Source: Eledone cirrhosa
Taxonomy: Eukaryota
Assembly (NCBI GenBank): GCA_964016885.1
Contig: OZ024748.1
Coordinates: 39,990,001 to 40,054,000 of the forward strand
Direction of reading: 5' to 3'
Length of the DNA: 64,000 nt
Shown here: positions 13,800 through 29,600 of the stretch, piece after piece
Layout: each line of letters begins with the position of its first letter
Position numbering within the stretch: the stretch's first letter is position 1
Position numbers and translations under genes: made by a program
The notes under the pieces: generated by a model
What the model saw: the letters and a program-made list of their open reading frames with translations, nothing else
What the model was told of the DNA's origin: nothing
Databases searched by the model: none

Positions 13800-16700
13800 C
13801 ATTACCATATTTCTAATGAAAGACAGTGTCTATGTCATTAACTCTCTCATTACCATGTTTCTAATGAAAGACACTGCCGATGTCATTAACACATTCATTA
13901 CCATATTTCTGACACTGTCTATTTCATTAACCCTTTCATTACCATATTTCTAATGAAAGACACTGTCTATGTCATTAACCCTTTCATTACCATATTTCTA
14001 ATGAAAGACACTGTCTATTTCATTAACCCTTTCATTACCATATTTCTAATGAAAGACACTGTCTATGTCATTAACCCTTTCATTACCATATTTCTAATGA
14101 AAGTCACTGTCTATGTCATTAACCCTTTCATTACCATATTTCTAATGAAAGATACTGTCTATGTCATTGACCATTTCATTACCATATTTCTAATGAAAGA
14201 CATTGTCTATGTCATTACCATATTTCTAATAAAAGACACTGCCTATGTCATTAACACTTTCATTACCATATTTCTAATGTAAGACACTGTCTGTCATTAA
14301 CCCTATCATTACTATATTTCTGATGAAAGACACTGCCTATGTCATTAACCCTTTCATTACCATATTTCTAATGAAAGACACTGTCTATGTCATTAACCCT
14401 TTATTATCATATTTCTAATGAAAGACACTGTCTATGTCATTAACCCTTTATTATCATATTTCTAATGAAAGACACTGTCTATGTCATTAACCCTTTCATT
14501 AACATATTTCTCACAAAAGACACTGCCTATGTCCATATTACCATATTTCTAATGAAAGACACTGTCTATGTCATTAACTCTTTCATTACTATATTTCTAA
14601 TGAAAGACACTGTCTATTTTATTAACCCTTTCATTACCATATTTCTAATGAAAGACACTGCCAATGTCATTAACTTTTTCATTACCATATTTCTGACACT
14701 GTCTATGTCATTAACCCTTTCATTATCATATGTCTAATAAAAGACACTGTTTATGTCATTAACCCTTTCATTACCATATTTCTAATGAAAGACACTGTCT
14801 ATTTCATTAACCCTTTCATTACCATATTTCTAATGAAAGACACTGTCTATTTCATTAACCCTTTCATTACCATATTTGTAATGAAAGACACTGTCTATTT
14901 CATTAACCCTTTCATTACCATATTTCTAATGAAAGACACTATTTATGTCATTAACTCTTTCATTACCATATTTCTAATGAAAGACACTGTCTATTTCATT
15001 AACCCTTTCATTACCATATTTCTAATGAAAGACACTGCCAATGTCATTAACTTTTTCATTACCATATTTCTGACACTGTCTATGTCATTAACCCTTTCAT
15101 TATCATATTTCTAATAAAAGACACTGTTTATGTCATTAACCCTATCATTACCATATTTCTAATGAAAGACACTGTCTATTTCATTAACCCTTTCATTACC
15201 ATATTTCTAATGAAAGACACTGTCTATTTCATTAACCCTTTCATTACCATATTTCTAATGAAAGACACTGTCTATGTCATTAACCATTTCATTACCATAT
15301 TTCTAATGAAAGACACTGTCTATGTCATTAACCCTTTCATTACCATATTTCTAATAAACGTCACTGTCTATATCATTAAGCCTTTCATTACCATATTTCT
15401 AATGAAAGACACTGTCTATATCATTAACCCTTTCATTACCATATTTCTAATGAAAGACACTGTCTATTTCATTAACCCTTTCATTACCATATTTCTAATG
15501 AAAGACACTGTCTATGTCATTAACCATTTCATTACCATATTTCTAATGAAAGACACTGTCTATGTCATTAACCCTTTCATTACCATATTTCTAATAAAAG
15601 ACACTGTTTATGTCATTAACCCTATCATTACCATATTTCTAATGAAAGACACTGTCTATGTCATTAACCCTTTATTATCATATTTCTAATGAAAGACACT
15701 GTCTATGTCATTAACCCTTTCATTACCATATTTCTAATGAAAGACACTGTCTATGTCATTAACCATTTCATTACCATATTTCTAATGAAAGTCACTGTCT
15801 ATCTCATTAACCCTTTCATTACCATATTTCTAATGAAAGACACTGTCTATGTCATTAACCCTTTATTATCATATTTCTAATGAAAGACACTGTCTATGTC
15901 ATTAACCCTTTATTATCATATTTCTAATGAAAGACACTGTCTATGTCATTAACCCTTCCATTAACATATTTCTCACAAAAGACACTGCCTATGTCCATAT
16001 TACCATATTTCTAATGAAAGACACTGTCTATCTCATTAACTCTTTCATTACTATATTTCTAATGAAAGACACTGTCTATTTCATTAACCCTTTCATTACC
16101 ATATTTTGTAATGAAAGACACTGCCAATGTCATTAACTTTTTCATTACCATATTTCTGACACTGTCTATGTCATTAACCCTTTCATTATCATATGTCTAA
16201 TAAAAGACACTGTTTATGTCATTAACCCTTTCATTACCATATTTCTAATGAAAGACACTGTCTATTTCATTAACCCTTTCATTACCATATTTCTAATGAA
16301 AGACACTGTCTATTTCATTAACCCTTTCATTACCATATTTCTAATGAAAGACATTGTCTATTTCATTAACCCTTTCATTACCATATTTCTAATAAAAGAC
16401 ACTGTTTATGTCATTAACCCTATCATTACCATATTTCTAATGAAAGACAGTGTCTATGTCATTAACTCTCTCATTACCATGTTTCTAATGAAAGACACTG
16501 CCGATGTCATTAACACATTCATTACCATATTTCTGACACTGTCTATTTCATTAACCCTTTCATTACCATATTTCTAATGAAAGACACTGTCTATGTCATT
16601 AACCCTTTCATTACCATATTTCTAATGAAAGACACTGTCTATTTCATTAACCCTTTCATTACCATATTTCTAATGAAAGACACTGTCTATGTCATTAACC

Positions 16701-18040
16701 CTTTCATTACCATATTTCTAATGAAAGTCACTGTCTATGTCATTAACCCTTTCATTACCATATTTCTAATGAAAGATACTGTCTATGTCATTGACCATTT
16801 CATTACCATATTTCTAATGAAAGACATTGTCTATGTCATTACCATATTTCTAATAAAAGACACTGCCTATGTCATTAACACTTTCATTACCATATTTCTA
16901 ATGTAAGACACTGTCTGTCATTAACCCTATCATTACTATATTTCTGATGAAAGACACTGCCTATGTCATTAACCCTTTCATTACCATATTTCTAATGAAA
17001 GACACTGTCTATGTCATTAACCCTTTATTATCATATTTCTAATGAAAGACACTGTCTATGTCATTAACCCTTTATTATCATATTTCTAATGAAAGACACT
17101 GTCTATGTCATTAACCCTTTCATTAACATATTTCTCACAAAAGACACTGCCTATGTCCATATTACCATATTTCTAATGAAAGACACTGTCTATGTCATTA
17201 ACTCTTTCATTACTATATTTCTAATGAAAGACACTGTCTATTTTATTAACCCTTTCATTACCATATTTCTAATGAAAGACACTGCCAATGTCATTAACTT
17301 TTTCATTACCATATTTCTGACACTGTCTATGTCATTAACCCTTTCATTATCATATGTCTAATAAAAGACACTGTTTATGTCATTAACCCTTTCATTACCA
17401 TATTTCTAATGAAAGACACTGTCTATTTCATTAACCCTTTCATTACCATATTTCTAATGAAAGACACTGTCTATTTCATTAACCCTTTCATTACCATATT
17501 TGTAATGAAAGACACTGTCTATTTCATTAACCCTTTCATTACCATATTTCTAATGAAAGACACTATTTATGTCATTAACTCTTTCATTACCATATTTCTA
17601 ATGAAAGACACTGTCTATTTCATTAACCCTTTCATTACCATATTTCTAATGAAAGACACTGCCAATGTCATTAACTTTTTCATTACCATATTTCTGACAC
17701 TGTCTATGTCATTAACCCTTTCATTATCATATTTCTAATAAAAGACACTGTTTATGTCATTAACCCTATCATTACCATATTTCTAATGAAAGACACTGTC
17801 TATTTCATTAACCCTTTCATTACCATATTTCTAATGAAAGACACTGTCTATTTCATTAACCCTTTCATTACCATATTTCTAATGAAAGACACTGTCTATG
17901 TCATTAACCATTTCATTACCATATTTCTAATGAAAGACACTGTCTATGTCATTAACCCTTTCATTACCATATTTCTAATAAACGTCACTGTCTATATCAT
18001 TAAGCCTTTCATTACCATATTTCTAATGAAAGACACTGTC
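13800..18040. repeat. Higher-order duplication, 2624-bp offset
   Basis: ORF-track starts 13953/16577, 14465/17089, 14785/17409 and 15162/17786 share offset 2624, with a shared 12-bp-deletion monomer and the AATAAACGTC variant. Ends approximate. Confidence 0.8.
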
Positions 18041-21000
18041 TATGTCATTAACCCTTTCATTACCATATTTCTAATGAAAGTCACTGTCTATGTCATTAAC
18101 CCTTTCATTACCATATTTCTAATGAAAGATACTGTCTATGTCATTGACCATTTCATTACCATATTTCTAATGAAAGACATTGTCTATGTCAATAACACAT
18201 TCATTACCATATTTCTAATAAAAGACACTGCCTATGTCATTAACACTTTCATTACCATATTTCTAATGTAAGACACTGTCTGTCATTAACCCTATCATTA
18301 CTATATTTCTGATGAAAGACACTGCCTATGTCATTAACCCTTTCATTACCATATTTCTAATGAAAGACACTGTCTATGTCATTAACCCTTTATTATCATA
18401 TTTCTAATGAAAGACACTGTCTATGTCATTAACCCTTTATTATCATATTTCTAATGAAAGACACTGTCTATGTCATTAACCCTTTCATTAACATATTTCT
18501 CACAAAAGACACTGCCTATGTCCATATTACCATATTTCTAATGAAAGACACTGTCTATGTCATTAACTCTTTCATTACTATATTTCTAATGAAAGACACT
18601 GTCTATTTTATTAACCCTTTCATTACCATATTTCTAATGAAAGACACTGCCAATGTCATTAACTTTTTCATTACCATATTTCTGACACTGTCTATGTCAT
18701 TAACCCTTTCATTATCATATGTCTAATAAAAGACACTGTTTATGTCATTAACCCTTTCATTACCATATTTCTAATGAAAGACACTGTCTATTTCATTAAC
18801 CCTTTCATTACCATATTTCTAATGAAAGACACTGTCTATTTCATTAACCCTTTCATTACCATATTTCTAATGAAAGACACTGTCTATTTCATTAACCCTT
18901 TCATTACCATATTTCTAATGAAAGACACTATTTATGTCATTAACTCTTTCATTACCATATTTCTAATGAAAGACACTGTCTATTTCATTAACCCTTTCAT
19001 TACCATATTTCTAATGAAAGACACTGCCAATGTCATTATCTTTTTCATTACCATATTTCTGACACTGTCTATGTCATTAACCCTTTCATTATCATATTTC
19101 TAATAAAAGACACTGTTTATGTCATTAACCCTATCATTACCATATTTCTAATGAAAGACACTGTCTATTTCATTAACCCTTTCATTACCATATTTCTAAT
19201 GAAAGACACTGTCTATTTCATTAACCCTTTCATTACCATATTTCTAATGAAAGACACTGTCTATGTCATTAACCATTTCATTACCATATTTCTAATGAAA
19301 GACACTGTCTATGTCATTAACCCTTTCATTACCATATTTCTAATAAAAGTCACTGTCTATATCATTAAGCCTTTCATTACCATATTTCTAATGAAAGACA
19401 CTGTCTATATCATTAACCCTTTCATTACCATATTTCTAATGAAAGACACTGTCTATTTCATTAACCCTTTCATTACCATATTTCTAATGAAAGACACTGT
19501 CTATGTCATTAACCATTTCATTACCATATTTCTAATGAAAGACACTGTCTATGTCATTAACCCTTTCATTACCATATTTCTAATAAAAGTCACTGTCTAT
19601 ATCATTAAGCCTTTCATTACCATATTTCTAATGAAAGACACTGTCTATGTCATTAACCATTTCATTACCATATTTCTAATGAAAGACACTGTCTATGTCA
19701 TTAACCCTTTCATTACCATATTTCTAATGAAAGACATTGTCTATGTCAATAACACATTCATTACCATATTTCTAATGAAAGACACTGCCTATGTCATTAA
19801 CCCTTCCATTACCATATTTCTAATGAAAGACACTGTCTATGTCATTTACCTTTATTATCATATTTCTAATGAAAGACACTGTCTATGTCATTAACCCTTT
19901 ATTATCATATTTCTAATGAAAGACACTGTCTATGTGATTAACCCTTTCATTACCATATTTCTAATGAAAGACACTGCCAATGTCATTAACTTTTTCATTA
20001 CCTTATTTCTGACACTGTCTATGTCATTAACCCTTTCATTATCATATTTCTAATAAAAGACACTGTTTATGTCATTAACCCTATCATTACCATATTTCTA
20101 ATGAAAGACACTGTCTATGTCATTAACCCTTTATTATCATATTTCTAATGAAAGACACTGTCTATGTCATTAACCCTTTCATTACCATATTTCTAATGTA
20201 AGACACTGTCTGTCATTAACCCTATCATTACTATATTTCTGATGAAAGACACTGCCTATGTCATTAACCCTTTCATTACCATATTTCTAATGAAAGACAC
20301 TGTCTATGTCATTAACCTATCATATTTCTAATGAAAGACACTGTCTATGTCATTAACCCTTTATTATCATATTTCTAATGAAAGACACTGTCTATGTCAT
20401 TAACCCTTTCATTAACATATTTCTCACAAAAGACACTGCCTATGTCCATATTACCATATTTCTAATGAAAGACACTGTCTATGTCATTAACTCTTTCATT
20501 ACTATATTTCTAATGAAAGACACTGTCTATTTCATTAACCCTTTCATTACCATATTTCTAATGAAAGACACTGCCAATGTCATTAACTTTTTATTTACCA
20601 TATTTCTGACACTGTCTATGTCATTAACCCTTTCATTATCATATGTCTAATAAAAGACACTGTTTATGTCATTAACCCTTTCATTACCATATTTCTAATG
20701 AAAGACACTGTCTATTTCATTAACCCTTTCATTACCATATTTCTAATGAAAGACACTGTCTATTTCATTAACCCTTTCATTACTATATTTCTAATGAAAG
20801 ACACTGTCTATTTCATTAACCCTTTCATTACCATATTTCTAATGAAAGACACTGTCTATTTCATTAACCCTTTCATTACCATATTTCTAATGAAAGACAC
20901 TATTTATGTCATTAACTCTTTCATTACCATATTTCTAATGAAAGACACTGTCTATTTCATTAACCCTTTCATTACCATATTTCTAATGAAAGACACTGCC

Positions 21001-24000
21001 AATGTCATTAACTTTTTCATTACCATATTTCTGACACTGTCTATGTCATTAACCCTTTCATTATCATATTTCTAATAAAAGACACTGTTTATGTCATTAA
21101 CCCTATCATTACCATATTTCTAATGAAAGACACTGTCTATGTCACTAACCCTGTCATTACCATGTTTCTAATGAAAGACACTGCCGATCTCATTAACACA
21201 TTCATTACCATATTTCTGACACTGTCTATTTCATTAACCCTTTCATTACCATATTTCTAATGAAAGATACTGTCTATGTCATTGACCATTTCATTACCAT
21301 ATTTCTAATGAAAGACATTGTCTATGTCAATAACACATTCATTACCATATTTCTAATGAAAGACACTGCCTATGTCATTAACACTTTCATTACCATATTT
21401 CTAATGTAAGACACTGTCTGTCATTAACCCTATCATTACTATATTTCTGATGAAAGACACTGCCTATGTCATTAACCCTTTCATTACCATATTTCTAATG
21501 AAAGACACTGTCTATGTCATTAACCCTTTATTATCATATTTCTAATGAAAGACACTGTCTATGTCATTAACCCTTTATTATCATATTTCTAATGAAAGAC
21601 ACTGTCTATGTCATTAACCCTTTCATTAACATATTTCTCACAAAAGACACTGCCTATGTCCATATTACCATATTTCTAATGAAAGACACTGTCTATGTCA
21701 TTAACTCTTTCATTACTATATTTCTAATGAAAGACACTGTCTATTTCATTAACCCTTCCATTACCATATTTCTAATGAAAGACACTGTCTATGTCATTTA
21801 CCTTTATTATCATATTTCTAATGAAAGACACTGTCTATGTCATTAACCCTTTATTATCATATTTCTAATGAAAGACACTGTCTATGTGATTAACCCTTTC
21901 ATTACCATATTTCTAATGAAAGACACTGCCAAGTCATTAACTTTTTCATTACCTTATTTCTGACACTGTCTATGTCATTAACCCTTTCATTATCATATTT
22001 CTAATAAAAGACACTGTTTATGTCATTAACCCTATCATTACCATATTTCTAATGAAAGACACTGTCTATGTCATTAACCCTTTCATTACCATATTTCTAA
22101 TGTAAGACACTGTCTGTCATTAACCCTATCATTACTATATTTCTGATGAAAGACACTGCCTATGTCATTAACCCTTTCATTACCATATTTCTAATGAAAG
22201 ACACTGTCTATGTCATTAACCTATCATATTTCTAATGAAAGACACTGTCTATGTCATTAACCCTTTATTATCATATTTCTAATGAAAGACACTGTCTATG
22301 TCATTAACCCTTTCATTAACATATTTCTCACAAAAGACACTGCCTATGTCCATATTACCATATTTCTAATGAAAGACACTGTCTATGTCATTAACTCTTT
22401 CATTACTATATTTCTAATGAAAGACACTGTCTATTTCATTAACCCTTTCATTACCATATTTCTAATGAAAGACACTGCCAATGTCATTAACTTTTTCATT
22501 ACCATATTTCTGACACTGTCTATGTCATTAACCCTTTCATTATCATATGTCTAATAAAAGACACTGTTTATGTCATTAACCCTTTCATTACCATATTTCT
22601 AATGAAAGACACTGTCTATTTCATTAACCCTTTCATTACCATATTTCTAATGAAAGACACTGTCTATTTCATTAACCCTTTCATTACTATATTTCTAATG
22701 AAAGACACTGTCTATTTCATTAACCCTTTCATTACCATATTTCTAATGAAAGACACTGTCTATTTCATTAACCCTTTCATTACCATATTTCTAATGAAAG
22801 ACACTATTTATGTCATTAACTCTTTCATTACCATATTTCTAATGAAAGACACTGTCTATTTCATTAACCCTTTCATTACCATATTTCTAATGAAAGACAC
22901 TGCCAATGTCATTAACTTTTTCATTACCATATTTCTGACACTGTCTATGTCATTAACCCTTTCATTATCATATTTCTAATAAAAGACACTGTTTATGTCA
23001 TTAACCCTATCATTACCATATTTCTAATGAAAGACACTGTCTATGTCACTAACCCTGTCATTACCATGTTTCTAATGAAAGACACTGCCGATCTCATTAA
23101 CACATTCATTACCATATTTCTGACACTGTCTATTTCATTAACCCTTTCATTACCATATTTCTAATGAAAGATACTGTCTATGTCATTGACCATTTCATTA
23201 CCATATTTCTAATGAAAGACATTGTCTATGTCAATAACACATTCATTACCATATTTCTAATGAAAGACACTGCCTATGTCATTAACACTTTCATTACCAT
23301 ATTTCTAATGTAAGACACTGTCTGTCATTAACCCTATCATTACTATATTTCTGATGAAAGACACTGCCTATGTCATTAACCCTTTCATTACCATATTTCT
23401 AATGAAAGACACTGTCTATGTCATTAACCCTTTATTATCATATTTCTAATGAAAGACACTGTCTATGTCATTAACCCTTTATTATCATATTTCTAATGAA
23501 AGACACTGTCTATGTCATTAACCCTTTCATTAACATATTTCTCACAAAAGACACTGCCTATGTCCATATTACCATATTTCTAATGAAAGACACTGTCTAT
23601 GTCATTAACTCTTTCATTACTATATTTCTAATGAAAGACACTGTCTATTTCATTAACCCTTTCATTACCATATTTCTAATGAAAGACACTGCCAATGTCA
23701 TTAACTTTTTCATTACCATATTTCTGACACTGTCTATGTCATTAACCCTTTCATTATCATATGTCTAATAAAAGACACTGTTTATGTCATTAACCCTTTC
23801 ATTACCATATTTCTAATGAAAGACACTGTCTATGTCATTAACCCTTTCATTACCATATTTCTAATAAACGTCACTGTCTATATCATTAAGCCTTTCATTA
23901 CCATATTTCTAATGAAAGACACTGTCTATGTCATTAACCCTTTCATTACCATATTTCTAATGAAAGTCACTGTCTATGTCATTAACCCTTTCATTACCAT

Positions 24001-26630
24001 ATTTCTAATGAAAGATACTGTCTATGTCATTGACCATTTCATTACCATATTTCTAATGAAAGACATTGTCTATGTCAATAACACATTCATTACCATATTT
24101 CTAATAAAAGACACTGCCTATGTCATTAACACTTTCATTACCATATTTCTAATGTAAGACACTGTCTGTCATTAACCCTATCATTACTATATTTCTGATG
24201 AAAGACACTGCCTATGTCATTAACCCTTTCATTACCATATTTCTAATGAAAGACACTGTCTATGTCATTAACCCTTTATTATCATATTTCTAATGAAAGA
24301 CACTGTCTATGTCATTAACCCTTTATTATCATATTTCTAATGAAAGACACTGTCTATGTCATTAACCCTTTCATTAACATATTTCTCACAAAAGACACTG
24401 CCTATGTCCATATTACCATATTTCTAATGAAAGACACTGTCTATGTCATTAACTCTTTCATTACTATATTTCTAATGAAAGACACTGTCTATTTTATTAA
24501 CCCTTTCATTACCATATTTCTAATGAAAGACACTGCCAATGTCATTAACTTTTTCATTACCATATTTCTGACACTGTCTATGTCATTAACCCTTTCATTA
24601 TCATATGTCTAATAAAAGACACTGTTTATGTCATTAACCCTTTCATTACCATATTTCTAATGAAAGACACTGTCTATTTCATTAACCCTTTCATTACCAT
24701 ATTTCTAATGAAAGACACTGTCTATTTCATTAACCCTTTCATTACCATATTTCTAATGAAAGACACTGTCTATTTCATTAACCCTTTCATTACCATATTT
24801 CTAATGAAAGACACTATTTATGTCATTAACTCTTTCATTACCATATTTCTAATGAAAGACACTGTCTATTTCATTAACCCTTTCATTACCATATTTCTAA
24901 TGAAAGACACTGCCAATGTCATTATCTTTTTCATTACCATATTTCTGACACTGTCTATGTCATTAACCCTTTCATTATCATATTTCTAATAAAAGACACT
25001 GTTTATGTCATTAACCCTATCATTACCATATTTCTAATGAAAGACACTGTCTATTTCATTAACCCTTTCATTACCATATTTCTAATGAAAGACACTGTCT
25101 ATTTCATTAACCCTTTCATTACCATATTTCTAATGAAAGACACTGTCTATGTCATTAACCATTTCATTACCATATTTCTAATGAAAGACACTGTCTATGT
25201 CATTAACCCTTTCATTACCATATTTCTAATAAAAGTCACTGTCTATATCATTAAGCCTTTCATTACCATATTTCTAATGAAAGACACTGTCTATATCATT
25301 AACCCTTTCATTACCATATTTCTAATGAAAGACACTGTCTATTTCATTAACCCTTTCATTACCATATTTCTAATGAAAGACACTGTCTATGTCATTAACC
25401 ATTTCATTACCATATTTCTAATGAAAGACACTGTCTATGTCATTAACCCTTTCATTACCATATTTCTAATAAAAGTCACTGTCTATATCATTAAGCCTTT
25501 CATTACCATATTTCTAATGAAAGACACTGTCTATGTCATTAACCATTTCATTACCATATTTCTAATGAAAGACACTGTCTATGTCATTAACCCTTTCATT
25601 ACCATATTTCTAATGAAAGACATTGTCTATGTCAATAACACATTCATTACCATATTTCTAATGAAAGACACTGCCTATGTCATTAACCCTTCCATTACCA
25701 TATTTCTAATGAAAGACACTGTCTATGTCATTTACCTTTATTATCATATTTCTAATGAAAGACACTGTCTATGTCATTAACCCTTTATTATCATATTTCT
25801 AATGAAAGACACTGTCTATGTGATTAACCCTTTCATTACCATATTTCTAATGAAAGACACTGCCAATGTCATTAACTTTTTCATTACCTTATTTCTGACA
25901 CTGTCTATGTCATTAACCCTTTCATTATCATATTTCTAATAAAAGACACTGTTTATGTCATTAACCCTATCATTACCATATTTCTAATGAAAGACACTGT
26001 CTATGTCATTAACCCTTTATTATCATATTTCTAATGAAAGACACTGTCTATGTCATTAACCCTTTCATTACCATATTTCTAATGTAAGACACTGTCTGTC
26101 ATTAACCCTATCATTACTATATTTCTGATGAAAGACACTGCCTATGTCATTAACCCTTTCATTACCATATTTCTAATGAAAGACACTGTCTATGTCATTA
26201 ACCTATCATATTTCTAATGAAAGACACTGTCTATGTCATTAACCCTTTATTATCATATTTCTAATGAAAGACACTGTCTATGTCATTAACCCTTTCATTA
26301 ACATATTTCTCACAAAAGACACTGCCTATGTCCATATTACCATATTTCTAATGAAAGACACTGTCTATGTCATTAACTCTTTCATTACTATATTTCTAAT
26401 GAAAGACACTGTCTATTTCATTAACCCTTTCATTACCATATTTCTAATGAAAGACACTGCCAATGTCATTAACTTTTTCATTACCATATTTCTGACACTG
26501 TCTATGTCATTAACCCTTTCATTATCATATGTCTAATAAAAGACACTGTTTATGTCATTAACCCTTTCATTACCATATTTCTAATGAAAGACACTGTCTA
26601 TTTCATTAACCCTTTCATTACCATATTTCT
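17930..26630. repeat. Higher-order duplication, 5886-bp offset, with a nested 1904-bp tandem duplication; a further copy lies at ~34.7-38.4 kb
   Basis: 18454/24340, 18774/24660, 19151/25037 and 20378/26264 differ by 5886. 20378/22282, 20698/22602 and 21592/23496 differ by 1904. 18454/35097, 19151/35794, 20698/37341 and 21592/38235 differ by 16643. Ends approximate. Confidence 0.85.
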
Positions 26631-29600
26631 AATGAAAGACACTGTCTATGTCATTAACCATTTCATTACCATATTTCTAATGAAAGACACTGTCTATGTC
26701 ATTAACCCTTTCATTACCATATTTCTAATAAACGTCACTGTCTATATCATTAAGCCTTTCATTACCATATTTCTAATGAAAGACACTGTCTATATCATTA
26801 ACCCTTTCATTACCATATTTCTAATGAAAGACACTGTCTATTTCATTAACCCTTTCATTACCATATTTCTAATGAAAGACACTGTCTATGTCATTAACCA
26901 TTTCATTACCATATTTCTAATGAAAGACACTGTCTATGTCATTAACCCTTTCATTACCATATTTCTAATAAAAGACACTTTTATGTCATTAACCCTATCA
27001 TTACCATATTTCTAATGAAAGACACTGTCTATGTCATTAACCCTTTATTATCATATTTCTAATGAAAGACACTGTCTATGTCATTAACCCTTTCATTACC
27101 ATATTTCTAATGAAAGACACTGTCTATGTCATTAACCATTTCATTACCATATTTCTAATGAAAGTCACTGTCTATCTCATTAACCCTTTCATTACCATAT
27201 TTCTAATGAAAGACACTGTCTATGTCATTAACCCTTTATTATCATATTTCTAATGAAAGACACTGTCTATGTCATTAACCCTTTATTATCATATTTCTAA
27301 TGAAAGACACTGTCTATGTCATTAACCCTTCCATTAACATATTTCTCACAAAAGACACTGCCTATGTCCATATTACCATATTTCTAATGAAAGACACTGT
27401 CTATCTCATTAACTCTTTCATTACTATATTTCTAATGAAAGACACTGTCTATTTCATTAACCCTTTCATTACCATATTTTGTAATGAAAGACACTGCCAA
27501 TGTCATTAACTTTTTCATTACCATATTTCTGACACTGTCTATGTCATTAACCCTTTCATTATCATATGTCTAATAAAAGACACTGTTTATGTCATTAACC
27601 CTTTCATTACCATATTTCTAATGAAAGACACTGTCTATTTCATTAACCCTTTCATTACCATATTTCTAATGAAAGACACTGTCTATTTCATTAACCCTTT
27701 CATTACCATATTTCTAATGAAAGACATTGTCTATTTCATTAACCCTTTCATTACCATATTTCTAATAAAAGACACTGTTTATGTCATTAACCCTATCATT
27801 ACCATATTTCTAATGAAAGACAGTGTCTATGTCATTAACTCTCTCATTACCATGTTTCTAATGAAAGACACTGCCGATGTCATTAACACATTCATTACCA
27901 TATTTCTGACACTGTCTATTTCATTAACCCTTTCATTACCATATTTCTAATGAAAGACACTGTCTATGTCATTAACCCTTTCATTACCATATTTCTAATG
28001 AAAGACACTGTCTATTTCATTAACCCTTTCATTACCATATTTCTAATGAAAGACACTGTCTATGTCATTAACCCTTTCATTACCATATTTCTAATGAAAG
28101 TCACTGTCTATGTCATTAACCCTTTCATTACCATATTTCTAATGAAAGATACTGTCTATGTCATTGACCATTTCATTACCATATTTCTAATGAAAGACAT
28201 TGTCTATGTCATTACCATATTTCTAATAAAAGACACTGCCTATGTCATTAACACTTTCATTACCATATTTCTAATGTAAGACACTGTCTGTCATTAACCC
28301 TATCATTACTATATTTCTGATGAAAGACACTGCCTATGTCATTAACCCTTTCATTACCATATTTCTAATGAAAGACACTGTCTATGTCATTAACCCTTTA
28401 TTATCATATTTCTAATGAAAGACACTGTCTATGTCATTAACCCTTTATTATCATATTTCTAATGAAAGACACTGTCTATGTCATTAACCCTTTCATTAAC
28501 ATATTTCTCACAAAAGACACTGCCTATGTCCATATTACCATATTTCTAATGAAAGACACTGTCTATGTCATTAACTCTTTCATTACTATATTTCTAATGA
28601 AAGACACTGTCTATTTTATTAACCCTTTCATTACCATATTTCTAATGAAAGACACTGCCAATGTCATTAACTTTTTCATTACCATATTTCTGACACTGTC
28701 TATGTCATTAACCCTTTCATTATCATATGTCTAATAAAAGACACTGTTTATGTCATTAACCCTTTCATTACCATATTTCTAATGAAAGACACTGTCTATT
28801 TCATTAACCCTTTCATTACCATATTTCTAATGAAAGACACTGTCTATTTCATTAACCCTTTCATTACCATATTTCTAATGAAAGACACTGTCTATTTCAT
28901 TAACCCTTTCATTACCATATTTCTAATGAAAGACACTGTCTATGTCATTAACCATTTCATTACCATATTTCTAATGAAAGACACTGTCTATGTCATTAAC
29001 CCTTTCATTACCATATTTCTAATAAAAGTCACTGTCTATATCATTAAGCCTTTCATTACCATATTTCTAATGAAAGACACTGTCTATATCATTAACCCTT
29101 TCATTACCATATTTCTAATGAAAGACACTGTCTATTTCATTAACCCTTTCATTACCATATTTCTAATGAAAGACACTGTCTATGTCATTAACCATTTCAT
29201 TACCATATTTCTAATGAAAGACACTGTCTATGTCATTAACCCTTTCATTACCATATTTCTAATAAAAGTCACTGTCTATATCATTAAGCCTTTCATTACC
29301 ATATTTCTAATGAAAGACACTGTCTATGTCATTAACCATTTCATTACCATATTTCTAATGAAAGACACTGTCTATGTCATTAACCCTTTCATTACCATAT
29401 TTCTAATGAAAGACATTGTCTATGTCAATAACACATTCATTACCATATTTCTAATGAAAGACACTGCCTATGTCATTAACCCTTCCATTACCATATTTCT
29501 AATGAAAGACACTGTCTATGTCATTTACCTTTATTATCATATTTCTAATGAAAGACACTGTCTATGTCATTAACCCTTTATTATCATATTTCTAATGAAA

